Below, piece after piece: positions 48,684-58,748 of a DNA stretch of 64,000 bases. The stretch covers positions 15,395 to 79,394 of the forward strand of contig CABRNK010000004.1 of the NCBI GenBank assembly GCA_902472305.1, in the 5' to 3' direction. The translations under genes were made by a program, and so were the position numbers. Source of the stretch: an uncultured Oscillospiraceae bacterium (lineage in GTDB: Bacteria > Bacillota > Clostridia > Oscillospirales > Acutalibacteraceae). Position 1 is the stretch's first letter. Every line of letters begins with the position of its first letter. Below the pieces are notes generated by a model, which did no database searches, was not told where the DNA came from, and was given only the letters and a program-made list of their open reading frames with translations.

Positions 48684-49538
48684 TTACGGCTTTGCCGAAA
48701 CGGCAAGCAGATGGGTGGAAAGTCCCGTAATATCCGCACGGCGGTCTGTCAGGCGGACGGTGCGCATCAGCGCCTCGCGCGACGCGGAATCGGCCCAGAG
48801 CGCGTCGAGTTCCGGCGCAAGCCACGCCGCGCCCACAACGCCGTGTACGGCGCTTTCGGGGAAGCCGCCGTCCGCAAGCTCCGCGCAGAGTTCGGCGGCG
48901 CTGTGAAAGTGCGAGCGGCCTATGCCGCGGTACGCGGTATTTTCCGTCGGGCGGATATGCTCGCCGTCCGTCAGCTCGCGCTCGACCATGCGCATAAAGG
49001 CGTCCTCCGCGATCAGCCGGTTGTCCCGGCCGAAAACCGTCGTGGCCCACAGCAGCGTGGCGTACGGCGTGATGGCGGCGGTGAACAGCAGGCCGCCGGG
49101 CTTCAGCAGCCGCAGGCTTTCCCGAACGGCGGCGATGCGCTCGGCCTTTTCCGTGATGTGGTACAGCGGCCCCATCAAAAGCACCGCGTCGGCGCTTTCG
49201 GACGGGCGGCCGACCGACCGCGCGTCGCAGACCTCCGCGGCGCACAGCGCTGCGCCGGGGTATTCGGCGGCGAGCTCCGCGGAAAGGCGGATGTTCGTTT
49301 CCGCAAGGTCGAACAGGTGGACTTCATAGCCGAGCGACGCGAGCCACCAAGCGTATTCGCCGTACCCGCCGCCGATGTCGTAGACCACGGCGGGCGGCTT
49401 CGGCAGGTACTCGAGCAGCAGCTCCTTTGTGCGCGCGAGCTCGATTAGGCCAATGCCGGTGTGCAGGCGGCCGCGCTCGATGCCGGCGTTGTAGCCGGCC
49501 AGAACATCCCGGTCGATAGATTTTTCATTGTTATACAT
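48684..49538 (-). CDS. class I SAM-dependent methyltransferase
   Basis: Motif I VYDIGGGYGEY; 284 aa. Confidence 0.75.
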   Translation of the reverse strand: MYNNEKSIDRDVLAGYNAGIERGRLHTGIGLIELARTKELLLEYLPKPPAVVYDIGGGYGEYAWWLASLGYEVHLFDLAETNIRLSAELAAEYPGAALCAAEVCDARSVGRPSESADAVLLMGPLYHITEKAERIAAVRESLRLLKPGGLLFTAAITPYATLLWATTVFGRDNRLIAEDAFMRMVERELTDGEHIRPTENTAYRGIGRSHFHSAAELCAELADGGFPESAVHGVVGAAWLAPELDALWADSASREALMRTVRLTDRRADITGLSTHLLAVSAKP

Positions 49539-49866
49539 GTGTTTTTGTCTCCTTTCCCAAATTGCTGCGGTTTGGATTCAGCTTGTTGGGGGAGATCGTT
49601 CTGTTCCGGCATTTCCGCCGCCTGCCTTTCAGACCGGCGCCTGTGCGTCGGGTAAATTATCTGCTGGCATTACCATCGCCGGCGGCTCTTTTAATTCGGT
49701 GCAGGAAAATAAAGGCCGCAGATGAAAATTATTCCGTTCTTTACCGGAGGGCGCGGATGTACAGCCGGTCCGGAATTCCCGGCGCGTATCGGACAAGGGC
49801 AAAAGCGCGAACGGGGAAACCGCTCGCGCTGATTTGTCTGTATGCAGGCCGGGGCCAATCCGGCTG

Positions 49867-51939
49867 TTAGTCGACCTCGCCCGCGGCCTTTGCGGCCTCG
49901 ATGACCTTCTGCGCCACGTTGGCGGGCGCCTCCTCGTAGCGGATGAATTCAAACGTGAATTTGCCTCTGCCCTGCGTGACCTGACGCACATAGGTGCTGA
50001 AATCGTGCATTTCGGCCATCGGCGCTTCGGCCTCGACGGTCTGGTAGCCCGCGTCTGCCGGAGACATGCCGAGCACGCGGCCGCGGCGCTTGTTCACCTC
50101 GCCCATGATGTCGCCCATGTTTGCATCCGGTACGGTCACTTTAAGTGCGCCGATGGGCTCGAGCAGAACCGGGTTCGCCTGCGGCATGCCGGCCTTGTAG
50201 GCGAGCGTCGCCGCCATCTTGAACGACATTTCGCTCGAATCAACCGGGTGGTAGGAGCCGTCGTACAGCGTGGCCTTGAGGCCAACGACCGGGTAGCCCG
50301 CGAGCGGCCCCTTCGCGATACAGTCGCGCAGGCCCTTTTCCACGGCGGGGAAGAAGCCCTTCGGCACCGCGCCGCCCACGACGCGCTCGGCAAACTCGAG
50401 GCCGTCCGCATCGCACGGGGCGAACTCGATCCAAACGTCGCCGAACTGGCCGTGGCCGCCGGTCTGTTTCTTGTGGCGGCCCTGCACGGAGACCGTCTTG
50501 CGGATTGTCTCGCGGTACGGCACGCGCGGGCTACGCAGCGTGACGTCCACGCCGAATTTCGATTTGAGCTTCGAGACGATCATGTCGAGGTGCTGCTCGC
50601 CCATGCCACTGATGACCATTTCCTTCGTCTCCACGTTGTTGACGAAGCGGATCGTCGGATCCTCCTCCGCAAGGCGCATGATGCCCTGCGCGATTTTATC
50701 CTCGTCGCCCTTGTTTTTCGGGACGACGGCCATGCTCATCTCGGGCGTCGGGTACTCGATGGGGTCGAGCGTGATCTTGCGCGCCGGCGCGCAGAGCGTG
50801 TCGCCCGTATTTACGGCGGAGAGCTTCGGGATCGCGCCGATGTCGCCGGCCGCGATCGCCTTGACGTCCTCCTGCTTTTTGCCGCACATCATCACGGTTT
50901 TGCCGATGCGCTCGACGTTGCCGGTGCGCATGTTGACGAGCTGCGTCTCCGTCGTGATTTTGCCGGAAAGCACTTTCACGTAGGAGAGCTTGCCGATGAA
51001 CGGGTCCGCGACCGTCTTAAAGACGATGGCCGCCGGCGCCGCATCCTCGTTGACCGCGATCTCGACCGGGTTGCCGTCCACATCGACGGCGAGCTCGCCG
51101 CCCTTTTCGGCGGCGCTCGGCGCGAGCCAGCACAGGCCGTCCATAAACTGCTCCATGCCGCGCATCAGCATCGCGTCGCCGCAGAATACCGGCGAGATCG
51201 TGCCGCGCTTGACGCCCTGAGAAACGCCGATGATGACCTCCTCCGGCGTGAATTCCTCGCCGGAGAAATATTTTTCAAAGAGCTCGTCGCTCGTTTCGGC
51301 GACGGCCTCGTAAATGGCTGTGCGCAGGCCCTCGAGGCGCGCGCCCATGTCGGGCATCGGCACCTGAACCGGCTTGCCGCCCGAATAGTCGTACGCCTTG
51401 TATTCGAGCATGTTGATGTATTTATCGGCCTTGCCGTCCTCAAAATAAGGGACGACGATCGGGCACACGGAGGGGCCGAAGCTGGCCTTCAGGTCCTCGA
51501 AAACGCCGTAGAAATCGGAGCCCTCGTCGCACAGGCCGTTGACGAAGAAGATCTTCGCGAGCCCGCGCTGCTCCGCGGCGGCAAAGGCCTTTTCCGTGCC
51601 GACGGAAACGCCGCTCTTGCCCGCGAGCACAATGACGACGGATTCCGCCGCGCGCGCCGCCTCATACAGGCCGCCCTCAAAATCAAAGAGGCCGGGGGTG
51701 TCCAGCAGGTTGATTTTTTTGTTTTTCCACTCAAACGGTGCGACGGCCGTGGAAACCGACGTTCTGCGGCGGATCTCCTCGGGGTCGTAATCACAGACGG
51801 TGTTGCCCTCGCCCACCTTACCGCGGCGGTCCGATGCGCCTGCAAGATAGAGCATTGCCTCTGCGAGGGAGGTCTTGCCGGCGCCGGAATGGCCCGCCAT
51901 TGCTACGTTGATGATGTTCTTTGCCTGATACGTGTTCAT
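49867..51939 (-). CDS. elongation factor G family GTPase (EF-G paralog)
   Basis: NIINVAMAGHSGAGKTSL P-loop, DTPG, NK.D; EF-G domains II-V including RGRVLGM. Confidence 0.7.
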   Translation of the reverse strand: MNTYQAKNIINVAMAGHSGAGKTSLAEAMLYLAGASDRRGKVGEGNTVCDYDPEEIRRRTSVSTAVAPFEWKNKKINLLDTPGLFDFEGGLYEAARAAESVVIVLAGKSGVSVGTEKAFAAAEQRGLAKIFFVNGLCDEGSDFYGVFEDLKASFGPSVCPIVVPYFEDGKADKYINMLEYKAYDYSGGKPVQVPMPDMGARLEGLRTAIYEAVAETSDELFEKYFSGEEFTPEEVIIGVSQGVKRGTISPVFCGDAMLMRGMEQFMDGLCWLAPSAAEKGGELAVDVDGNPVEIAVNEDAAPAAIVFKTVADPFIGKLSYVKVLSGKITTETQLVNMRTGNVERIGKTVMMCGKKQEDVKAIAAGDIGAIPKLSAVNTGDTLCAPARKITLDPIEYPTPEMSMAVVPKNKGDEDKIAQGIMRLAEEDPTIRFVNNVETKEMVISGMGEQHLDMIVSKLKSKFGVDVTLRSPRVPYRETIRKTVSVQGRHKKQTGGHGQFGDVWIEFAPCDADGLEFAERVVGGAVPKGFFPAVEKGLRDCIAKGPLAGYPVVGLKATLYDGSYHPVDSSEMSFKMAATLAYKAGMPQANPVLLEPIGALKVTVPDANMGDIMGEVNKRRGRVLGMSPADAGYQTVEAEAPMAEMHDFSTYVRQVTQGRGKFTFEFIRYEEAPANVAQKVIEAAKAAGEVD

Positions 51940-52147
51940 GGAAACACCCCTTATATGTATATTGCACAATTTCGTATGAGATTGCACTTTTGATTATATA
52001 TCAAATTTCCGGAAAATGCAATCTCTAATCGCAACTTGTACAGATATTCTATTTTAATATATGCCGGTATATTCATGTTGCACAGAAAAGCCGGCCGAAA
52101 AAAGAAAAAATCCCGCACAGCCCGTAAACGGGTGCGCGGGATCTCCT

Positions 52148-52687
52148 TCACTGCACCGTTTCCCTGCCGAGAAACGAGGCGGCGAGCTTTGCAAGGCGCA
52201 GGCTGTCCTCCGGCTCGCCGGGGCGGCTGTTTTCGCCCTTAATCAGCATGAACATGCCGCAGATGTCGCCCTGACTGAGAATCGGGAACGCGGCGTCCGC
52301 GGTGCGGAGCCCGCCGTCCGCGGCGAGCACGGTATCCTCGCCGGAGGAGATGAACGGCTTTTTTTTGCGCATCAGCTCCTCGAGCTGCTTGGAGACCGGC
52401 TTGTCCACAAGCTCCTTTTTCGGGATGCCGGCGGCCGCCACGATGCGGTCGCGGTCGGAAACGGCGACGCCGGCGCCGCACATGGCGGAGACGCACTCGG
52501 ACATGCGCTGTGCGCTTTCGCTCATCTCGCCGACCGGGGAATACTTGCGGAAGATGATGCCGCCGTCCTTATCGATGAAGATCTCGAGCGGCGTGCCCTC
52601 GCCGATCTTCATGGTGCGCCGGATTTCCTTCGGGATGACGACCCGCCCGAGATCATCCATCCGCCGCACGATACCTGTTGCTTTCAT
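52148..52687 (-). CDS. spoVT: stage V sporulation protein T (AbrB-N + GAF)
   Basis: MKATGIVRRMDDLGRVVIPKEIRRTMKI swapped-hairpin N-terminus; about 179 aa. Confidence 0.75.
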   Translation of the reverse strand: MKATGIVRRMDDLGRVVIPKEIRRTMKIGEGTPLEIFIDKDGGIIFRKYSPVGEMSESAQRMSECVSAMCGAGVAVSDRDRIVAAAGIPKKELVDKPVSKQLEELMRKKKPFISSGEDTVLAADGGLRTADAAFPILSQGDICGMFMLIKGENSRPGEPEDSLRLAKLAASFLGRETVQ

Positions 52688-52841
52688 GAGTTACGAACGC
52701 TCCTCTCTGCTTTATGGAAAGCACCGGCAAAAGCCTTCTGGGTGCGCAGGTAGTATTTGCATCGAAAGGAATGATATTCGTTTTCCGGAAGAATTATCGG
52801 CGGCCGCGCGCATACAGGGCGGTATTTTTGCGCGCGGCGTT

Positions 52842-53402
52842 TTACCAAAGCTGGTTTTCCCCGAGCTCCAGCACGATGTCTGTGTTTTCAAAATCGGCCG
52901 CATGGCGCTTCGCCTTTTCCGAAATCAGCATCAGCATGGTTGTCAGGTGCAGGCTGTCGCTGCGGAAAGGCGCCCGCTTTGTGCCGCCCACAAGGCGGGC
53001 GCCCGCGTCTGCGGTCCAGCCGCCCCGCGTGTAAAAGGAGACCTTCTCCGGCGCGCAGGTAAAGAGGCTGAGGTCGGGCTGACGGGCGATGATGAAGCGG
53101 GCGGCCTCCCGAATAACGCCGGAGGCGATCCCGCGGTTTTGAAAGCGGGGGTGGGTGACGACTTCGCTCAGGCCGTAGGCGAGGTACGTCTGCCCCTTGT
53201 GCGCGAAGGCGCAGCGCCGAACGCCCACGTGGCAGACGGCTTCGCCGCCCTCGAGCAGGACAAAGGAGGTCGCGTGGGTATCGGGTGCGGTGGGAAACGG
53301 CTGCTCTGCGCCGTCTGCGGGCCATGCGGTGCTTTGCAGGGCGGCGATCAGCCGCGCGAGCGCCGCGTCGGCCCTGTCCTGCGGATATTGTATGAGCGGC
53401 AT
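52842..53402 (-). CDS. GNAT family N-acetyltransferase
   Basis: GGAGG RBS then MPLIQYPQ; acetyl-CoA motif QNRGIASGVIREAARF. Confidence 0.6.
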   Translation of the reverse strand: MPLIQYPQDRADAALARLIAALQSTAWPADGAEQPFPTAPDTHATSFVLLEGGEAVCHVGVRRCAFAHKGQTYLAYGLSEVVTHPRFQNRGIASGVIREAARFIIARQPDLSLFTCAPEKVSFYTRGGWTADAGARLVGGTKRAPFRSDSLHLTTMLMLISEKAKRHAADFENTDIVLELGENQLW

Positions 53403-53598
53403 GCGGCCGCCTCCTTTCACGCGTGGTTTTCTGCGGTGTATCTCCACAATTATACCACGATTATAAGTGAAACGCCCGGATTAGTCAACCGCAAGCCCCT
53501 TGCCGGCGGCGAAAAAGGCGCCATCCGCCGCTTTTCTTCTTGCGCTTTCAGGGGATATTTGGTAAAATCGAAACAGGGGCGGAAGGGGAGCGGGTTGT

Positions 53599-54777
53599 AT
53601 GAAAAATTGTGTGGAAAAAATATTCGGCGGGCTTCGCGGCAGCTATTTCAGCTATGCGCTGACGTACTTTTCGTTTTATTTCGGCATGGGCGCCTTTATC
53701 TCGGTGCAGTCTGTGTATCTCATGGGCCTCGGGAAATCGACGGGGGAGATGTCCTTTATCGTCTCGGCGTCAAGTCTGTTCGGCATCGTGCTGATCCCGG
53801 CGGTCGGCTATCTCAACGACCGGCTCAAGAAGCCGCGGCTGATCGCCGGCCTGCTGCTTGCGGCGGTCGCGGTGCTGGGCGCTGTGTTCGCCGCCTCGCG
53901 CAGCACATGGGTGCTGTACGTTTTGAACGGCCTGATCATGGGCCTCGTCTCCGCGATTTCGCCGGTCTGCGAGCGCATGGCGGGCTCGGGCCGGTTCCGC
54001 TACGGCACGGTGCGCGTTTGGGGCACGATCGGATACGCCGCGGCGGCGCAGCTTGCGGGCCTCGTGATGGAATTTATTGCGCCCCGGATGATTTTCGTCC
54101 TCTTTGGCGCGGCCATCGCTGTGGCGGCGGCCGGTTTTGCGGGCACGGACGGCATTCGGTTTGAGCAGGAGGCGGAGAAAAGCACGGCGGCAGATCAGCT
54201 TTCGTTTTTGTCGAAGCCGATGTTTCTGCTTTTCGCGGCGATTGCGCTGGTCTTTTCCGGCATGTCGAACCTCAACATCACGTACAGCCCGATCCTGCTG
54301 CAGGAGCTTGGGCTTTCGACGGGCTTTGTCGGTACCGCGCTTTCGCTGAGCACGCTCGTCGAGCTGCCTGTCATCTTGTTTTCCAACCGGTTTATGGACC
54401 GTTTTTCGGGCCGTGCGCTGACGGCCGCGGGCTTTGCGGTGATGCTGCTGCAATTTCTGCTGTACGGTTTCTCGTCCAGCGCATGGCTGGCGTTTTTATC
54501 GATGCTTCTCCTGAAGGCGGTGGGCTCCACGCTGTTTATGATGATCATGCTCAAGGTGGTGCGCGGCATCGTGCGGGAGAACTCGGTCTCGACGGCGCTC
54601 GGCGTGATCAATGCGGCGAATGCGGTCAGCACGATTTTGATGCAGAACCTCGGCGGCTTCATCGTCGGAGCGCTTGGCATCCACACGATGTATTTCCTGC
54701 TGGCAGGGCTCTCGGCGCTGGGGCTGCTCCTCAGCCTTTTCCTGCGCGTGCAGAATGCAAAAAAAGTGTTTTCCTGA
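53599..54777 (+). CDS. MFS transporter
   Basis: 12 TM segments; 392 aa. Confidence 0.7.
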   Translation: MKNCVEKIFGGLRGSYFSYALTYFSFYFGMGAFISVQSVYLMGLGKSTGEMSFIVSASSLFGIVLIPAVGYLNDRLKKPRLIAGLLLAAVAVLGAVFAASRSTWVLYVLNGLIMGLVSAISPVCERMAGSGRFRYGTVRVWGTIGYAAAAQLAGLVMEFIAPRMIFVLFGAAIAVAAAGFAGTDGIRFEQEAEKSTAADQLSFLSKPMFLLFAAIALVFSGMSNLNITYSPILLQELGLSTGFVGTALSLSTLVELPVILFSNRFMDRFSGRALTAAGFAVMLLQFLLYGFSSSAWLAFLSMLLLKAVGSTLFMMIMLKVVRGIVRENSVSTALGVINAANAVSTILMQNLGGFIVGALGIHTMYFLLAGLSALGLLLSLFLRVQNAKKVFS

Positions 54778-54948
54778 GCGTATCGTCCGCAGTGTGTGCG
54801 GCCGAAATAGAAAAACAGCATAAAAAGGAAGAAAATTAAGAGAAAAAAGCGGATGCACCGTATTTGCGTGTGCATCCGCTTTTTGGTTTTGCACCGTGCG
54901 CCGGCCGCCCGGAGGCGGCAAGGGGGCGCGTGCGGCTTATGGGGCTGG

Positions 54949-56508
54949 TCAGCCCCCGGTGCTCCAGTCTGCAAGGCCAAATTCGTCGTAGCTCGTCTTG
55001 TATTCGACCGTTGCGGCGGCGACCTCGGGCGATTCCAGCAGGTTCTGCTGGTAGGCTCTGAATGCGTCGATCGTCTTGTTCCCGGTGACGACGTCCGCGC
55101 GGAACGCGTTGAACTCATCCTGCGTCAGCGCCCAGTAGTCCGACCATGTCGGGGAGGAAATGATGTTGAAGATCAAAAAGGGCGCGCCGTCGATTTTGGC
55201 GGCAAGCGTATCGACCTCCTGCACGGTGTCCTGCATGGCGAGGTTGTAGGCGGCGGGCGCGAGCGGGCTGTTGACCTTGGTGTAGGTCGCGGTGGCGAGC
55301 GTAAAGGGGATGTAGAAGGAATTGTTGACGACCTTCTTGCCCTCCTCCGTCAGCGCGGGGAATTCGTCCACGATGTTGTAGTGCACGCCCTCGATGCCGT
55401 AGTAGAAGTAGTTGTAATTCTCCGGGTCGCACGTCTGCTCCATGAAATCCATCCAGCGCAGGAACTTTTCCTCGTCCAGACCGCTGTTGACGGAAAGGCC
55501 GCCCGAGTAGCCCATGTCGTAGAAAACGCTGGTGCCGCCGGGGCCCTCGAGGCCGAAGATCGGCACGAAGCTGCCGTTTGAATCAACCTTTTTGATCTCC
55601 TCGTTGATGCGGTAGCTGTGCCACGCGTTTTTGGAGTAAATGCCGCCCTTGCCGGAGAGCATCAGGTCCTCGGTCTGGTCGCCGTTGAGCAGCGCGAATT
55701 CCTGCGAGACGAGCCCCTTGCTGTAAAGCTGCGCCATGTATTCCACGGCCTGCGCGTAGCTTTCCGTGAGCTGGAACGGCACGATGCCCGTACCGTCGTC
55801 CGTGTAGACGGGCAGGATATTGCCCGGGCCGAACGCGGCCTGCACGAGCTCGATCGGGGAATCGAGATTCGAGGGGACCGGCACCATGCCGGGCTCCTGC
55901 GCAATGGCTTCAAAATATGCGGTGAGCTCGTCCACTGTCTCCGGCCGGGAAAGGCCGTATTTTTCGAGAAGATCCCCGCGCAGGAAGTAGCAGTTGTTGT
56001 ACTGCCCGCGGGAGTTCGGGAACAGGTAGTTGCGGCCCTTGTACTTTGAGTTTGTCCACGCTGCGGGGTTCAGGGCGCAGAGGTTCGGGTAGTCCTCCGG
56101 CTTCAAATAGTCGGTGAGATCCTTGAACATGCCCGCCTCGGCCGCCTTGACGGTCCACGGCGCAGTGACCTGCTCCACGCGGATGACGTCCGGCAGATCG
56201 TTTGTGGAGACGAGAAGGCTGAGGCGGTCCACATACGAGGTGACGGGCACCCATTCGGGCTGGTAATCGATGTTGTACCTTTCCTCCATGTCCCGCCAGT
56301 ATTCGCCCTCCGTGTCGGGCGGCGTCTCGTACATGGTGAGCACGGCGGTGATCTCCAGCGGGGGGAGCTTTTCCCCGCCCGAAGCTTCCGTTTTTACGCT
56401 TTCGGGCGCGCTGCTTTCTTCGCCGTTTCCCGGGGCGCAGGCGGCCGCGCCCAGCGCGAGCAGCATGGCCAGCGCCAGAGCGGCGCCGCGTCGTTTCTTG
56501 TCTTGCAT
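54949..56508 (-). CDS. sugar ABC transporter substrate-binding lipoprotein (YtcQ/LplA-like)
   Basis: MQDKKRRGAALALAMLLALGAAACAPG lipobox; 519 aa. Confidence 0.85.
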   Translation of the reverse strand: MQDKKRRGAALALAMLLALGAAACAPGNGEESSAPESVKTEASGGEKLPPLEITAVLTMYETPPDTEGEYWRDMEERYNIDYQPEWVPVTSYVDRLSLLVSTNDLPDVIRVEQVTAPWTVKAAEAGMFKDLTDYLKPEDYPNLCALNPAAWTNSKYKGRNYLFPNSRGQYNNCYFLRGDLLEKYGLSRPETVDELTAYFEAIAQEPGMVPVPSNLDSPIELVQAAFGPGNILPVYTDDGTGIVPFQLTESYAQAVEYMAQLYSKGLVSQEFALLNGDQTEDLMLSGKGGIYSKNAWHSYRINEEIKKVDSNGSFVPIFGLEGPGGTSVFYDMGYSGGLSVNSGLDEEKFLRWMDFMEQTCDPENYNYFYYGIEGVHYNIVDEFPALTEEGKKVVNNSFYIPFTLATATYTKVNSPLAPAAYNLAMQDTVQEVDTLAAKIDGAPFLIFNIISSPTWSDYWALTQDEFNAFRADVVTGNKTIDAFRAYQQNLLESPEVAAATVEYKTSYDEFGLADWSTGG

Positions 56509-56556
56509 GATTTTTACCTCCTTAACAGATGCGTGTGTTTTAGGATGAAGGCGGGA

Positions 56557-57486
56557 TCAGCCCTTGACCGATCCCACCATGACGCCCTTGACAAAGTAGC
56601 GCTGCACGAACGGGTAGACGCACATGATCGGCAGCATGGCCAGAATGACCGTGGCCATGCGGATGGTTTCGGAGGGGAGAACGCGGTCGCTTTCCATCGC
56701 GTTCATGCCCATCGTGTCCGAATCCACCAGAAGGGATTTCAGGTAGACCTGCAGGGTGTGCATCTTGTAGTCGTTCAGGTAGAGCAGCGGCTTTGTGTAC
56801 TGGTTCCAGTTGCTCACGGCGATAAAGAGCGTGAGCGTAGCGATGGACGCCGTGGAGAGCGGCAGGATGATGCGGAAAAAGATGCCGAAGTACGAGCAGC
56901 CGTCGATCTTGGCGGCCTCCTCCAGCTCGCCGGGGATGCCCTGAATGAAGTTGCGGGCGATGATGACGTTCCACGAGGAGATCAGGCCGGAAAAGATCAG
57001 GGACCAAAAGCTGTTGAGCAGGCCGAGCGTGCGGATATTCATGTATTCCGGAATCATGCCGGGATTGAAGAGAAGCCCGAAAAGCACCACAGTGATAAAC
57101 AGCCTGTGCAGGGGAATGTCCTTTTTGGAAAGGCCGTAGGCGAAGGTAAAGGTGGTGAAGATGCTCAGCACCGTGCCCACAAGGGTGATGTATACCGTGT
57201 TGCCGAGGCTGCGCGTGAAGGTGTCCGTGTTCAAGATGGAGCGGTACACCTCGAGCGAGAATTTTTTCGGAAAAAGCTGGAATTCCAGCGGGATATAGAC
57301 GGACGGGTCCGTGAACGACACGATCAGCACGTATACGAACGGCAGGAAACAGACCAGCACGATGATCCCGAGAATGAGGTGCACGGCGGCGTCGAAGAAC
57401 GTGAGCTTTTTCGGAAAGCGGCGCTTTCGCCGGGCGGGCGTCAGGGCGCTTTGGGTTACAGCGGCGGATTCAAGCGTGTTTTGCAT
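56557..57486 (-). CDS. sugar ABC transporter permease (YteP/LplC-like)
   Basis: EEAAKIDGCS signature. Confidence 0.85.
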   Translation of the reverse strand: MQNTLESAAVTQSALTPARRKRRFPKKLTFFDAAVHLILGIIVLVCFLPFVYVLIVSFTDPSVYIPLEFQLFPKKFSLEVYRSILNTDTFTRSLGNTVYITLVGTVLSIFTTFTFAYGLSKKDIPLHRLFITVVLFGLLFNPGMIPEYMNIRTLGLLNSFWSLIFSGLISSWNVIIARNFIQGIPGELEEAAKIDGCSYFGIFFRIILPLSTASIATLTLFIAVSNWNQYTKPLLYLNDYKMHTLQVYLKSLLVDSDTMGMNAMESDRVLPSETIRMATVILAMLPIMCVYPFVQRYFVKGVMVGSVKG

Positions 57487-57505
57487 GGGAGAGCCCTCCT
57501 TTTAC

Positions 57506-58444
57506 TCAGTAGATTCCGTCCCCGTCGGCTTTTTTGACGAGCCAGTTGCTGGCGAGCACGAGGCACAGCCCGACGACGCTCTTGCACAAGCCGACGGCGG
57601 TGCCGATGCTGTAGTTGCCGCGCTGGATGCCGATGCGGAAGGTGTAGGTATCGAACACCTCCGACACGCTCGTGACAAAGTCGTTCGTCATCATCAGAAC
57701 CTGCTCAAAGGAGACGTCCAGCAGCGTACCGAGCCGCATGATGAACATGACGACAATGGTGGGCATCAGGCACGGCAGCGTGATCCGCAGCACTTTCTGC
57801 ATGCGCGTGGCGCCGTCTACCGTCGCGGCCTCGTAGAAGCTGGTGTCGATCTGCGAAATGGCGGCGAGATAGATGATGGAACCCCAGCCGCATTCGCGCC
57901 ACACGTTTTGCAGCAGCAGGACGATCCAAAAGGTGCCCGGCGTGGAGAGAAAGCTCTGCGCCTGCCCGCCGTTTGCGGTGATGAATTTATTGACGACGCC
58001 GATGTCTACGCTGAAAAGGAAAAAGGTGATGCCCGTGATGACCGGCCAGGAGAGAAAGTGCGGCATGTAGACGATCGACTGCGAGAGCCGCTTGAAGCGC
58101 TCGCTTTTCACCTCGTTGAGCAGCAGGGCCAGCAGGATCGGCGCAGGAAAGGCCACAAACAGGTTGAGCAGGCTGATGCCGAGCGTGTTGCGCAGCATCA
58201 CGAAAAACTGCTCGCTGGTGAACAGGTCGGTAAAGTGGCGGAGCCCGGCGAAGGGGCTGTTCAGGATGCCGCCGACGATATTGTAGTCCACAAACGCGAG
58301 CGATAATCCCCAGAGCGGCAGGATGCGGAAGATCAGATAGGCCAGCAGCCCGCCGGCCATCAGCACGTAGATCTGCCAGTATAGCTTCATTTTGCCGAGC
58401 CTTGACCGGCGCGGAACAGCGGCGCCTCCGGCTTTTGTTTTCAC
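57506..58444 (-). CDS. sugar ABC transporter permease (YtcP/LplB-like)
   Basis: EAATVDGATR signature. GTG start after AAAGGAGG; the track's TTG at 58516 is less likely. Confidence 0.75.
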   Translation of the reverse strand: MKTKAGGAAVPRRSRLGKMKLYWQIYVLMAGGLLAYLIFRILPLWGLSLAFVDYNIVGGILNSPFAGLRHFTDLFTSEQFFVMLRNTLGISLLNLFVAFPAPILLALLLNEVKSERFKRLSQSIVYMPHFLSWPVITGITFFLFSVDIGVVNKFITANGGQAQSFLSTPGTFWIVLLLQNVWRECGWGSIIYLAAISQIDTSFYEAATVDGATRMQKVLRITLPCLMPTIVVMFIMRLGTLLDVSFEQVLMMTNDFVTSVSEVFDTYTFRIGIQRGNYSIGTAVGLCKSVVGLCLVLASNWLVKKADGDGIY

Positions 58445-58748
58445 AGCGGTGTCCTCCTTTGTGTTTCGTCTGTATTTTGTGCCCAAAGTATAAGCGCCCG
58501 AAAAGCGAGTTGTCAATGTACAATAGTTTAGACGATGCGCACGACGAATTTTGTGTGCTTTTTGCTGCCAGAATCAGGTGTGCATTTTTTGGGATTTGTG
58601 GGCGATACTTGCGAATATACATGAAATTTGAAAGATAGATGTAGATTTTTTGACGATCCTGCTGTATCATTGGGGTAAAGAAAATGCGGTTTTCGCCCGG
58701 CAGAGGGCCGCGGCGGAGGCGGTGGTGCAGAGGGAGGCGCGGTGCAGT

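Noticed and set aside
49834-51993. 719-aa + ORF
   Set aside because: Antisense shadow of the EF-G family GTPase gene on the minus strand.
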